From assembly GCF_963921235.1 (NCBI RefSeq), contig NC_086125.1, forward strand, positions 26,908,001-26,972,000: a stretch of 64,000 nt of DNA. Reading direction: 5' to 3'. The stretch is from Mobula hypostoma. Taxonomy: Eukaryota. The notes under the pieces were generated by a model. It was not told where the DNA came from, searched no databases, and was given only the letters and a program-made list of their open reading frames with translations. Position numbers and translations under genes: made by a program. The first letter of the stretch is position 1; every line of letters begins with the position of its first letter. Shown piece by piece: positions 1 through 13,400 of this stretch.

Positions 1-1054
1 GGAGCCTGCAACCCAACACTTAAAGACTTAGAAACAGCTTGTTCCCCTCTGCCGTCAGATTTCTAAATGGCCCATGAACTCACAAACACCGTCTCGCTAT
101 TCCTCTTTTACACAATTTATTTATGTTATTTCTTAGCGTAGTTTGAGGGCTGTGCATGTGCATGGGTGGGTGGGTGGGTGGGAGGAAAGGAGATATGCCT
201 TTTGTTGCTTTTTCCTTGGTATGTTCTGCATTGTTCTTCTGAGAATTGATGGCACCAGAATGTGGGGTGACATTTGTGGGCTGCTGGCAAGACACCCTTG
301 GGTGTGTTGGTTGTTACCTCAAATGATGCATTCCTCTGTACATTACAAATAAATCTAAATCTGATTCTATTATAACTTCTAGTGATTTTTATGTCTTGTT
401 TTGTACTGCTGCCACGAAACAACACATTTCACAACATATGTCAGTGATTCAGGTTCAGATTCTCTCCCTGATTCCTCTGATTTCCCTGCTGGATCTGTTG
501 CTAACTCTCTTAAACTGACACCCTCTAGTCCTGCTCTTCCCTAGAACTGGATTTACAGCCAGTGGTGACGACATTACAAGCCTATTGAGGAAGTGAAGCA
601 TAGAGGGGATGCTGATTTCCGTGATGTGCTGAGCCGTGTCCACAACTCGCTGTAGTTTCGTGCGGCCTCAGCCGGAACAGTGCCGTAGCGCTACAGGATC
701 TGACTGTGAACAAATTATCTGTGGCTTTTCCCAGCAATGGGGAATTGTGACTGGAACTCCAGGGTACTCGAGTAGCGATATTCAGAATAACTTCCCCTCT
801 ACCATCAGACTTCTGAACGGACCATGACCCTGTGAGCACTGCCTCACTTTCCTGCTCTCTTTTTGCAGTACTTGTTTTTTGTATTCCTTGTTGTAAATGA
901 ATGTAATTTTTTATTTTGCATTGCACTGTACTGCTGCTGCAAAACAACACATTTCACGACATACAGCGTGTCAGTGATAATTCTAAACTATTGAGTAGGT
1001 TATAGCTTAGAATTATAGTGAAAACAGCACCATCTCTCATAGTAGCTTGGGGCA

Positions 1055-1215
1055 AAAACTATTGGCTCCCAACCCAGATTCGAGAGTGGGTCTACTTCAA
1101 TTAAGAAAGGTTTCATCAGATTAAGGAAGTATTGAAATTGCTTCTCAGCAATGGATTGGAAGGTTTGGTTCTCTACTCCTGGCTCCGCCTCCAATTGACA
1201 CAACCCCACCCCCCC
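1055..1215 (+). promoter_or_regulatory. Candidate EPOR proximal promoter
   Basis: Non-repetitive stretch upstream of exon 1 with CCAAT/ATTGG boxes, a CTCCGCC GC-box-like site and CCCCACCC (KLF/Sp type). Motif inspection only. Confidence 0.3.
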
Positions 1216-1332
1216 GACTCAAACTCCTTCCCTCCAGATCTCAGAGATTGGAAAACAGTCTTGATGTGTTTACTTGGCTCAGAAGCCTTTCAGGAACAGT
1301 CAGAGCCACTCCAAAGCAAGAATCTGCAGATC

Positions 1333-1435
1333 ATGATTAGTGCCAACTGCCTGTGGAAACTGGGACTGTACCCCTTGCTGTTGAGTGCAGTTGCTGCTGT
1401 CCTGAAGCCACGACCCTCCAACCTGGATCTCAAAA
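1333..1435 (+). CDS. EPOR: EPOR exon 1 (signal peptide MISANCLWKLGLYPLLLSAVAA-VLKPRPSNLDLK)
   Basis: ATG has A at -3, followed by a hydrophobic core and an AVAA-type cleavage region. The phase-1 donor a|gtgagt at 1436 joins exon 2 in frame (a+tc = Ile). Confidence 0.85.
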
Positions 1436-4400
1436 GTGAGTTCATTACTGTGCATACGAGGTCTTGATAATTACAAATCATTCACCTCTATTTTAGCAGA
1501 TGAAATTTCAAACACCAATATGTTAATTTTACTAAATCTAGGTATATGTATATATAAAACCATTGGCAGTATGAGTTAGTTTAAAGAAAAATGTAATTTT
1601 TCCCCACTTTTAAGTATACTCCGTTTTCCTTTGTGTGAATGACATTGCCTGTGTGATACAGTGAGCTGCAGGTGAGAGGAAAGCTATTCGCGAGTCCTGA
1701 TGAAGGCTCAGCCCAGAACATCGACTGTTTATTCCCCTCCATAGATACTGCCTGACCCACAGAGTTCCTCCAGTATTTCATGTGCAAGTTTCCAACATCT
1801 GTAGAATCTCTTGTGTTTATTCTTGTTCATTAGCTGTTTTTCTCAATGAGTTTACAACATTAATCTTTCAATCTTGTGTGTGATCCAAAGTGTTGTTTCT
1901 GCTCTATAGTTACATTGCTGAGTATTTTAAATTTGCAATCATCATTTCTCTAGGGAGGACTACATCTTTTGAATTTACACTGTTAACGGGTCTATCGTTG
2001 GAAGTCATAAAGCTGAATAAAATCTTGTGTAGTTTGTACAGAATCCAACCAAAAGACCACTTGGCATAGGAGCAGAATTAGGCCATTCAGCCCATTGAGT
2101 CTGTTCCATTATTCAATCATGGCTGACTTATAAGATCCTTCTCATATTCTTTAACAAGTCAACATGTTTTGTATTAATGTATTGTCAATGTGTTTTCAAT
2201 TGACATATTGAGGTGTGTGGTAATATAGTAGTTACCTAACTAGCAGCCAGAACTATGGCATATTGATTCAGAGGTGTAAGTTTGGATTCAACCAGGACAG
2301 CTTTGGGATTTAAATTTGGGTAATTACGTAAACCCAGAATTAAAATAAGATGAATTAGTCTCAGTAAAACTATGAGACTGTTGGATTTTCATTAAAAAAC
2401 TGTCTGGTTTTCAAGAGGAGAGATGTGTTATCCTTACCCATTCTGGTCCATGTGTGACCAGTGAGGTTGACCCTTAACTGAAAATTATCTGACATCCACC
2501 ATGTCAACATATTTTAAGAAATATGTTTTAGAAGTTATTTTGAGGAATTGTTTTAGTTAGTTTAAAGATTTAAACAATTTGTTGGATGATTCAGTCTTGG
2601 GTTTTTGTTTAGTTCCCCAATGAATGGAACACAATTGTGTCCTTTGAAATATGATGACAGTTGCATGTAGGGGTATTTTTCTGTGACCTAGTTGAGGTTC
2701 TGACTACGGAGTACCACACGACATTTCAGTCACATGGTAACACACTCACTTCTGAATGTCAGGATCAAAGGTCCACACTGGGCCAACAATACAAGGGTCA
2801 AAGCAGAACAACCAAATACTAGGTTAGCTTCTTGAGAGAAAGGCTGCTGGATGATATTCCAGGCAACTGGACAATATTCCAATAAAATTATTAATCGAGT
2901 GCTTAATCCTTTATTCCTTGGAGTAGGAGGCTGAGGGGGTGACCTTATAGATCAAGAGGAATATAAAAGGGGTGAATGTGCACAATCTTTTTTCCCAGGG
3001 AAGGGAACTAAAACTGGAGGGTACAGGTTTAAGGTAAGAAAGAACATGTTCAAAAGGGACTTGAGGGGCAATTTCTTCACGCAGAGGGTGGTGTGTTTAC
3101 AGAACAAGTTGCTAGTGGAAATGCTTGAAGAAGTGCATTTGGATTTGGATTTGGGTAAGTGTGTGGATAGGAGAGGTTTAGAAGGATATGGGTCAAAGGC
3201 AGGCAACTGGTTCCAGCTTGGCGGGCACTATGACAGGTATGGGCAAGTTGAGCCAAAGGCCCGTTTCCGTGTTGTAGGAGCAAAAGGTTACCCATTCTAG
3301 CTGCTGGACCTGGAGACGGGAATATCACAAACTGAAGTGGAAGTTAGCCCTAGAAAATTATTGACTGGTTCTCAGTCATATCCAACAATGAAAGTGGAAC
3401 CTGTGTGGTAGAGTTTTTAAAGTGGAAAAGCTATTATACTGGGATAGTTCCATTCTCTTGACCTTGGAAGTCCAGGTCCACTGGTACAAGTAATTGCCAC
3501 AACTGGAGTCTTCCTTGCTCGTGGTGGATGACCACAACTTCTTCTACGCTTTGTCATGTCCTTCATGCAGAGCCACCTTCCCAGCTGTTGGATCTTACTG
3601 TTGGTCTCATTCACCCAGCTGTTGGATCTTACTGTTGGTCTCATTCACCCAGCTGTTGGATCTTACTGTTGGTCTCATTCACCCAGCTGTTGGATCTTAC
3701 TGTTGGTCTCATTCACCCAGCTGTTGGATCTTACTGTTGGTCTCATTTACTGTCTGTTGGAGCTGACTTTGCTTGCTAGGACAGGCATGTCCCTATCTCT
3801 CTTATGGGACTCTCCGCACCTGTCGAAACATTGTACCAGGGTGTTTTTAATTCAAAGTGCAAGCAGCATACATGTATGTCACCATATATTACAATGATAT
3901 TCATTTTCTTGTAGAAATTCACATGAAATTAATGAAATACGATAGAATTTATGAAAAACTATGAAGACTGACCAATAACCAAGTGCAAAAGAAAACAAAT
4001 CATACAAATAATAAAACAAGTACATAAATAATAGTGAGAACATGAGTTGTAGAGTCCTTGAGAGCGAGTCTGTAGATTGTAGTCAGATCAGAGTTGAGGT
4101 GAGTGAAGTTATCCATGCCAGTTCAAGAGGCTGATGGTTGTAGAGTAATAACTATATTTCCAGATCCCCATCACCCTTGCTTTGACAGCACAGCAACAAC
4201 CTGCATTTACATTGTGCCTGAGTAAACCATAAACCTTAACCACAAGAGATTTTGCCGTTGCTGGGCATCCAGAGTAACACACACACACACACACAAAATA
4301 CTGGAGAAACTCAGCCGCTTAGCCAGTGTCTGTGGAGAGGAATAAACAGTGGAGATTTTGGGCTGAGATCCTTCTTAAAGCTTAAATGCTTATTGCCACA

Positions 4401-7400
4401 TTTAACAACACAACGTTTAACTGTCATCCTAAAGGAACATAAACCTAATTGCATTTATTCAACTGTTTTACAATTAAATTCTGGGGAACTCAGATGCAAA
4501 ATCTACAGGACCGATTTGAACCGCACCACAACCCTGTTCCCTGCAAAAACACAAACATCTGGCTTGCAGAAAAGTTTTCTTTCTGCGGCAGCAAGATAAC
4601 ATTATTAACTGCAAGTGTGGTACAAACTGTCACCCAGTCTTGTTTGTCACAGGATTTACCAGCAGTGAAGTTAGCACTGTGTCTTATCTTTCCAAACACG
4701 TGTTTGAGTTGATGGGCTGGGAATGGGCACTTGGAGCCCCAGGATAAGTGCTTACTCACAAGGGCAGGCTGCACCATATTTTATGATTTTGTGCATGTGA
4801 CACTGGAAGATTAGCATTCACCCTACCGTTTAAAGACACAGAAACCAGTAATTAGCATGTCCTTTTCTGTGGCATACTAGAATTGTCAATTTAAAAAAAA
4901 AAGACTGCTGGGGGATCTCAGTGGGATGGGCAGCATCTGTGGAGGGAAGTGGACATTGGGGGCTTTGGGTGGAGACCCTTATCTGGCCAACCTGGAGCGT
5001 CAACTCTCCATTTCCCACTATCGATGCCTCCAGAAGACACGGTACATCATTAAAGACCCCTCACACCCTCTCCATGAACTGTTTGTTCTTCTGCCATCAG
5101 GCAGACGTTACAGGAGCATCAAAACTAAAACCACAAGGCTACTAAACAGCTTCCTCCCACAGGCGGTCAGACTGCTAAGCAGCTGCTCCACCCGACTCTG
5201 CTTTGGACACTTTTAACTTGCACTGGACACTTATAACTGATTTTAACTGACATGTGGCTGTTGTGTTTTACTATTTATTGTTATGTTTATTATTTAGCGT
5301 TGCGTTTGATATGCTATGATTGCACTGCCCCTGAGAAATGTTGTCTCATTCTGCCCTGCAGAGCTGATGTATGGTTAGAATGACAATAAAGTTTTTTGAA
5401 TCTTTGAATCTTTGTTTCTGCCTGACCCACTGATTTCCTTCACTTTCTTGTGTACTGTCCCAGTTGACCAAGTTGCCTCAGTTTCCAGTTTCACCAGATG
5501 CCCTTGTTCCTTCAGTTATTCCAGCTTCCAGAGCTGCCTCTGTTGCCCAGCTCCTCCAGTTCCCCAATTGCCACATTTGCCCCAGCTGCCCCATTTACCC
5601 CAGTTGCCTCAGGTTTTCGGTTTCCTCGGTTGACCCAATTCCCCAGTTTCCCTACTTGTTCCAGTTTCCTCAGTTTACCCAGTTCCCCCGGTTGCCCTAG
5701 TTGTTCCAGTTACTCCAACTTCCTTTGCTTCAGATGCCAGTATCTTTTGCCTCCAAGAGTCAGGGTTATTTTATGTCACGGGTGAGTAAACAGGCCCTTT
5801 CCAACTTCCTATGTGAGGTTTCAGGGAAACATCCTTGTAGATAAAAGCAGATTTGCCCTGTTAGTTCAGGCAAGTTTCTTCCCTCATTCAATAAGGCTAA
5901 TGATGAGATTAATTGTTCACTTATCTTATTATTGGTTGCACGACCTTCTCGTCCGTGAGTCGGCTGCTGCACTTCCCTGAAAGTGGCACCACAGGTAGAC
6001 GGGACGGTGAAGGAGGTTTTGCCCTTTATCACTCGAGGCAGAGAGAATAGATGTTATTTTGCAGTTATTTAAGACATTGGTGAGGCTGCACTTGGAATAT
6101 TGTGCTCAGCTTTGGAAAGATGCCATTAAGTTTGAAGGAGTATAGAGGAGATTTACAAGGATGTTGCCAAGACATGAAGTTCTGAGTTGTTGGGAGAGGT
6201 TGAGCAGGTAAGGGCTTCGTTCATTGCAATGAGGGGTGACATTTTAGAGTCACAGAAGTCATGAGGAGCATATACAGGGTGTATGAACTCATCCTTTTTC
6301 TTAAGTTTGGAGAATCAAGGGCATAGGTTTAAGGAGAGAGGGAAGAGGTTTAATAGGAACCTGAGCGGTAAATTCTCAGTTTCACCCAGAGGGTGGTCTG
6401 TTGATTGAACAACCTACCCTATGAAGAGTTTAAGGCAGGATAGAAAATGTTTTGGAGTATAGGCCAAACACAGGCAAATGGGACTACCTTAGATAAGCAT
6501 CATAGTCAGGAGTGGGCTATGGAGGCCAAGTCATTGAGTTCAGTTAAAGCAGCGACTGTTAGATTCTTGTTTTGATTGTTGAGGGTGCAGGGAGAAGGGA
6601 GGATAATGGGGCTGAGAGAAAGAAATTAGCTGCAGTTAAACGGTGGAGCAGATTTAGTTGACTGAATGGCCTAATCATGCTGTTTGGCCCATTGGCCACA
6701 GCATCAGCCAGTGTGTAATGGAATTAGGTTTATGTTTGACATACTGTACCTTGGGATATTTTCCGATCAACAGCGTTATCTAAATTCAAGCTAACAAATT
6801 AGTATTATGCCTGGAAAGTATTCCACAACATTTTATTCTGTTCATAAATCTCAAGAGGAACATGCAAACTCCACACAGACAGCATTGAACCTGGGTCTTC
6901 AGTGTTGCGAGGCAATGGTTTAATCAGTGCAGTGTTGCTAAAGCATGGTAGTGATTAGAGCTGTGTCACTTGTTTCAAGAACTGAATAGTTGAAGGGAAA
7001 TAGCTCTTCCTGAATCTGTTCTTGAAGCTGTCAGTCAACTGTATTATCTGTCAGCCTGCTCACAAGCCCTTGTGTTAGGGTAACCCCTGTAGAGCCGGCT
7101 ACAAGTGACTTACACTAGTCTTTCTCACTAGTCCTCCAGGTTAACACGGTCGGGTCGGAGAAGTTGAAATGCTTCACTCAAACACTGGAGGATTTCACCT
7201 GTGTCTGGGATGAAAGGAACAACACAAGCATCAGCAGCCGGTACAGATTCTTCTACCAGTACCAATACCAGTAAGTTGTCCGTTTCTCAGCTACAGTGCC
7301 CAACACAGGTTCTGGATCATTGATCCAGGGACATAAGTTTAATTCCCATCACAGCAGCTGGGGCATCTTCTCAAGTCTTTATTAATTCATGTTTGAGGTA

Positions 7401-10400
7401 CACACTCATTGGGGACCATGTCTCTTTCAGAAAATGTGCAGAAAAGTTTTATTACTTAGGAATCCAATTTCTTTCTATGATGATAATATAGACAAAAATC
7501 ATTCCAGGATAATTCTTTGTCCAAGACACATGCAAGTCCTGTGGTACCAGTAGACTGCATCCATAATAATAGGACATCTGTAGAGTTGCAAAATCCTGAC
7601 CTTATTCAAGCAACACACACACAAAATGCTGGCGGAATTCAGCAGGCCAGGCGGCATCTTTGGAAAAGAGTGCAGTCAACATTTTGGGATAAGACCCTTC
7701 TTGGCCCAAAACGTCAAAGTTCTGCTGAAGGGTCTCGCCTGAAACTCAGAGTCCTGTTGAAGGGACTCGGCCTGAGATGTCGAGAGCCCTGCTGAAGGGT
7801 CTAAGCCCAAAACGTCAACTGTACTCTTTTCCACGGATGTTGTCTGGCCTGCATTTTGTGTGTGTTGCTTGGATTTCCAGCATCTGCTGTTTTTCTCTTG
7901 TTCCTGACATTATTCACCATTTTCCTGGAGTGAGATTACCCACCTTACCTGTAATGGCTAAAGTGTAACTTCAGACTCAACAGTACTGTTAATTCTTAAC
8001 TCCTTCTCAGTTCAAGGGTAATTAGGATGGGCAATAAATGCTGGAACTGTTAGTGATGTCCACGTCCCGAGAACCAGAATCAGAACCAGGCTTCTTATCA
8101 CTGACGTATGTTGTGTGAAATTTATCGTTTTGTGGCATCAGTACAATGCCCTACATATAATAAATTATACTTTATAATAACATGAACGTGTGAAATAATT
8201 GGTGCAAAAAGAAAGCAAAAACTGTTGGGTGGTGTTCATGGGCTCATTGTCCGTTCAGTAATCTGTTAGCAGAGGGAAAGAAGCTGTTTCTAAATCATTG
8301 AGCCTGAGTGTTCAGGCTCCTGTACCTCCTCTCTGATGGTAGTCATGAGACGGGGGCATGTCCTGGGTGGTGAGGATCCTTAATGGTGGATGGCGTCTTT
8401 TTGAAGCATTGCCTTTTGAAGATTGAATTGAATTGACTTTATTACATATACATGAGGAGTAAAAATCTTTATGTTACATCTCCGTCTAAATGTGCAATGT
8501 GCAACTTATTGTAATTTGTTAATAAATAGTTTGTATAGCAGGGCAGTCAATATAACATAGAAATACAATTGTATCAGTGTGAATTAATCAGTCTAATGGC
8601 CTGGTGGAAGGAGCTGTCCCGGAGCCCTTTGGCCCCGGCTTTTATGCTGCCATGTCGTTGTTCGTCCATCGTCGTCGTCGATGAAGACCTCGACACCATT
8701 ACGATGATGATGGTGTTGAGACTAGCGCATGATTTGGATTTAAGTGAGGGAGAGTTGCGCAGTGTCAACCTCACTCCCTCTTCCCAATTCCCATCTGGAT
8801 CCAGTGGCAAGACAAGAGTCGAGACGGCTGGAAATGGGACTAGGCGCAGTGGATGACCAGGACGTCTTCTGTGTCTAGCCGTACTCTACGCGTTCCACAA
8901 CGCTTGTAGAGACTGTCTTCTTGACCGTTGGACCTTCCATTGGTCTCGTCCGCTCAATCTGCCGGAGTCTGTCTTCACATGCTGGGATAGACAACTCCCC
9001 ATCTCACCGAGGGTTTGAGACCCGTCGGCTACCCTCACCTGGTTTAGCCGGCTTGTCGAAGCCGTTGCCTGGGCTGTGGCTGCTGTTGCATGCAAACAGC
9101 TACGGGGAGCCACAGGTGAGAGCTGAGTGCCAGGTGGGGACCAAAGGTGGGCTAACCGCCTTAAAAAAGATGCAACATACTCCCCCACCAGAGGTGCTAC
9201 CCCTCCCTGACACCCTATACACCCCTGAATGGTAGCAGCTAGAACAGTTTCTGGTTGGGGTGACTTTAGAGGTGTTGATACCAAAGAACCTGAAACTGCT
9301 CACCATTTCAACTGCTGACTCCTTGATGAGGACTGGTAAAGAATTAATTAAAAATTGCCCTTGTGGAAATGCTAAGCCAAAAGAACTCACTACGGTCAAT
9401 TTTAATCCTTCCCTTCTGGCAGAACTGAATGGATGAGAATTTAAGCAGTTTAAAATCAATCTGGTTTTCTTCTTTAGAAATTTAGAGACAATTGGGCCCA
9501 TTGTCTATGCTTTATTGTCTCTGTCTTCAGTTTTCAGCTGCTCTCCATCATGTTGATAGAGGTGTACAAATGATAAGAGGCATAGATAGAGTGGACAGCC
9601 AGAGACTTTTTCCCAGGGGCAAAGAGCTAATACGAGGGGCCAAAACTTTAATGTGATTGAAGGGAAGCATAGAGGGCAATGTCAGAGGTAGGTTTTTATG
9701 CAGAGAATGGTGGCTGCGTGGAATGCCCTGTTAGGGGTGGTGGTAGAGGCAGATACAATAGGGGCATTTGAAAAACTCTTAGGCATCTGGAGTGAAAGAA
9801 AAGTGGATGGCTATATATGAGGGAAGGTTAGATTGTTCATGGAGTACGTTAAAAGATCAGCACAATATCGTGCCTTAATGTTGTACGTTATGCGATCGAG
9901 AATCTCCGGAGGGAAGACCCCAAAATCCCCGGCTTTGCCTGCTGTTGGCGACCGAGGCTGAGGTCGAATCGTTCGGATAGAGATGGTGCTCGGTACTCGG
10001 TGTCGGAGGGCTGATCAGGGCTCGAAGCTTTCGGACGACTCAGAGTCGGACTGTGGTCGGGCATGGCAGGGAGAGTTTTCTTCCTCTCCCGTCTGCGTGA
10101 GATGTGGGACTTGTGAGAAACTTTGAACTTTTTTACTGTGTCATGGACTGTTCTTCATCAGGTTATGGTATTGTTGAACTGTTGTAACTATATGTTATAA
10201 TTATGTGGTTTTGTTAGCTTTTCAGTCTTTCCTGTGTTTCAGTGATATCACACCAGAGGAATATTGTATCATTTCTTAATGCATGCATTACTAAATGACA
10301 AAGAGGACTGCGTGTCCTCATAATCTAATCTAATCTAATCTAATCTATGTTTTATGTTCAATACTCTTTCTCCTCCAGGGATGACGAGAGAAAGAAAGAA

Positions 10401-13400
10401 TGTCAATTATCCATGGAAGAGATTGCCAACAACACAACACGTCACATCTGTTCCCTTCCAATGATGGAGGTCTCCTTGTTTACCCCACTGGACATTGAGG
10501 TGTTGCTAAACAGAAGTGTTGTCATGAGCAGAAAGGACATGTATATTAACCACATGGGTGAGTGCATTTGCAGAGTCAGAACCAGCTTTATTATTGCTGA
10601 CTTAGATGATGTGAAATGTGTTGTTTTGCATCAGCAGTACAGTATAAAGAATAAAATTGCTGTAAGTTACAAGAATAAATAATGCAGAAAACCTGGGTTC
10701 CTGGACTTGTCAGAGATTTGATGGCAGAGATGGAGAAATTATTCCTAAAACATTGACTGTGTGTTATCAGGCTCCTGCACCCGCTCCTTGATAGTCGTAA
10801 TGAGAAGAGAGCATGTCCTGGACAAGGAGGGTCCTGAATGCTGGATGCTGCCTTTCTGAGGCACCAATTCTTGAATAGGTGCTCGGTGGGGAGGGTTGTG
10901 CCAGTGATGGAGATGGAGACCACATCCAGCTGCAGCCTCATGCAATCCTGTGCATTGGTGCCTCCATACCAGACAGTGGTGCAACAAGTCTAAGGCCTAC
11001 TCTAAGGTTTAGTTAATTTAACCTTATCTAAGATCAATCTAACTCTTCCCCCCTATATACCCTCCATTTTTCTAGTTATCATCCATGTGCCTATCTAAGG
11101 GTTTCCTGAATATTCCTAATGTATCTGCCTCTACCAGGGCGAATTCTGTGCCTCTGTTTATACAGGCCAGTCGTGCATGTCCTCCTGCACACCACTGAGG
11201 AGATCTCTTCACTGTCAGAGGTGATGCATTGGACTAGGGTCCTGCCTGTTCTCTTAGATTGGTGTAAAAGACCCCCTTTCTGAAGAAGAACAGGACACTC
11301 CTGATATTTGTTGAACGATCAATATCACGGACAGGAAGTTCTGATCATTGGCTTTCTTCTTCCCTCAGTTGTCTTGGATCCGCCGTCCAATGTGACCGTT
11401 CGGCCAACCGGGAAACCTGGGCAGCTTCACGTCAAGTGGTCAGCACCTCCGTTTAAATATCTAGACAATTCCTTAATGTACGAAGTCAACTTCTCTTCCG
11501 TTGGATCCAACATACAGCAGGTAGTGAAACGTACAGTTCTTTCAACATGCTCACACTGCACACTCAAGGCAATCACCAACTCGAGATCTTGGTTTGTTCT
11601 CACACTTGGATATTACTGCTCTGTGGTTCAGTGTACGTACAGGTTAATTTACTTGTTTATCACTTGTACGTTGAAACGCATCGTTCGCATCAACAACCAA
11701 CACACCTAAGGACGTGCTGGGGGCAGCCCGCAAATGTTGCCACACATTCTGCTGCCAACATACAGTGCCCAGCAGATCAACACAGAACCACAACAAAACA
11801 GAACAGAACAAGCAACAAAACTGCAGCAAAACAAGCCCTGTCCTTCCCTACCACCCACTCACCCACACACACACACACACGGAGAGTCCTCCAACCCCCG
11901 GACAGCTTTCCCAGCCTCCAGCGCACTCACAAATAACGGGCCTCCAATTTCCCCATCGGACTCCAGACTCACTGACCCAGGCTTTCAGTCATCACGCTTC
12001 GACTTCCCGATTTTCAATTGAAAGTGTGTGAGTGTGTGTGAGTTTCTCTCTGTGTGAAGGTATGCTTGTTTTTCTGTGTGAGTGTATGTGTGACCATGGG
12101 TGAGGTTGTGTGTATTTTTGCATTCTGTTATTGTTTTACCTTATTCTGCACAATGTACTGTGTATTGATTTGATCTGTATGAACAGTATGCAAGGCAAGT
12201 ATTTCATTGTGTCTCAGTACATGCAATAATAATAGACCAATTTCAATTCCTATTCCAAGTGCAAAGTCTCTCTCTCTCTCCTCTTCTCTGCTCTCCCTGC
12301 TCTTCCCCCTCTCCCCCCTCTCCCTGCTCTCACCCCTCTCCTCTNNNNNNNNNNNNNNNNNNNNNNNNNNNNNNNNNNNNNNNNNNNNNNNNNNNNNNNN
12401 NNNNNNNNNNNNNNNNNNNNNNNNNNNNNNNNNNNNNNNNNNNNNNNNNNNNNNNNNNNNNNNNNNNNNNNNNNNNNNNNNNNNNACCCCCTGCCTGATC
12501 GAACGTTGTGAACCTGGTCATTAAGTGATACACATCTCAGTAACATTCCCCTGTCTGTGTAGGTTAACACTGTCAAAGGGAAAACGGAGTGTGTCATTCT
12601 GAAGCTGAAATCACAGACGGAATACGTTATCAGTATCCGTGCGAAGCCGGATGGAGTCTCCATGGACGGATACTGGACCACGTGGTCTAAGCCGGTGTCT
12701 GCTTTCACTGATTCAGGTATTGCAATCATCTCAGGGCACCTGACATGTTCTTCTGGTTGGCAGAGGGCAAGGTGAAGGGGTTCAGTTACTGTTGAAAACT
12801 TGTTAGAGACAAAGAGCATCCCTGTTTCTTGCCCGGAAGTCTCCTGGAGCGGGTCAAGTCTCAGGACTTGACTTTATCCATTAGTGTGGAGGAGATTTCA
12901 CTGAACCACCCAGAAATTCCAACTGCAAGTATGTTTTCAAGGGGATCCTAGATGTCCACCAGCGAGAGAGTACAGGGTTCAATGAAGAAGGGTGGGAATC
13001 CATTTGTTCACACCAAAGACACCAGCAGGGGCTAGATGGGCTGAATGGCATGTTTCTGCATTGAATCTTCCATTGGAACATGAGAAACATCACGTCTTGA
13101 GTATTGTCAAGCATGAAATTCCAAGTGGGAATGGATTTGGGAGCTGATGGATGAGTTTTTATTGGAGTTTTAGTTTTCTTTACACTTGCTTATACAGTCA
13201 GTGGCCACTTTACTAGGTGCCTCCTGTAGCTGAAAGAGTGGTCACTGAGTGAATGCTGAGGTCTTCTGCTGCTGTAGCCCATCCACTTCAAGGTTCGATG
13301 TGTTGTGTATTCAGAGATGCTCTTGCGCACATCCCTGTTGTAACACTTGATTATTTGACTTGCTGTCACCTTCCCGTCAGCTTGAACAAGTCTGGCCATT

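Noticed and set aside
164-182. (GGGT)n G-quadruplex upstream of EPOR, and the C-rich tract at 61565-61602
   Set aside because: Both lie inside or next to repeats; no evidence of function.
3580-3747. CRISPR-like 34-bp repeats
   Set aside because: Head-to-tail with no spacers, no cas genes, and located in a eukaryotic intron.
5412-5785. Pro/Gln/Cys-rich ORFs
   Set aside because: Translation of a 9-bp intronic tandem repeat; no splice or homology support.
9040-9163. Possible HDV-like ribozyme at the 5' end of the 8655-9163 element
   Set aside because: The stems found form simple hairpins; the L3 and P1.1 requirements are not met.
12717-12776. Soluble EPOR by intron 5 read-through (19 aa then TGA)
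   Set aside because: Any intron gives such a stop, and no convincing dedicated poly(A) site lies nearby.
12207-12819. ORFs spanning the N run
   Set aside because: Artefacts of the assembly gap, or antisense to exon 5.
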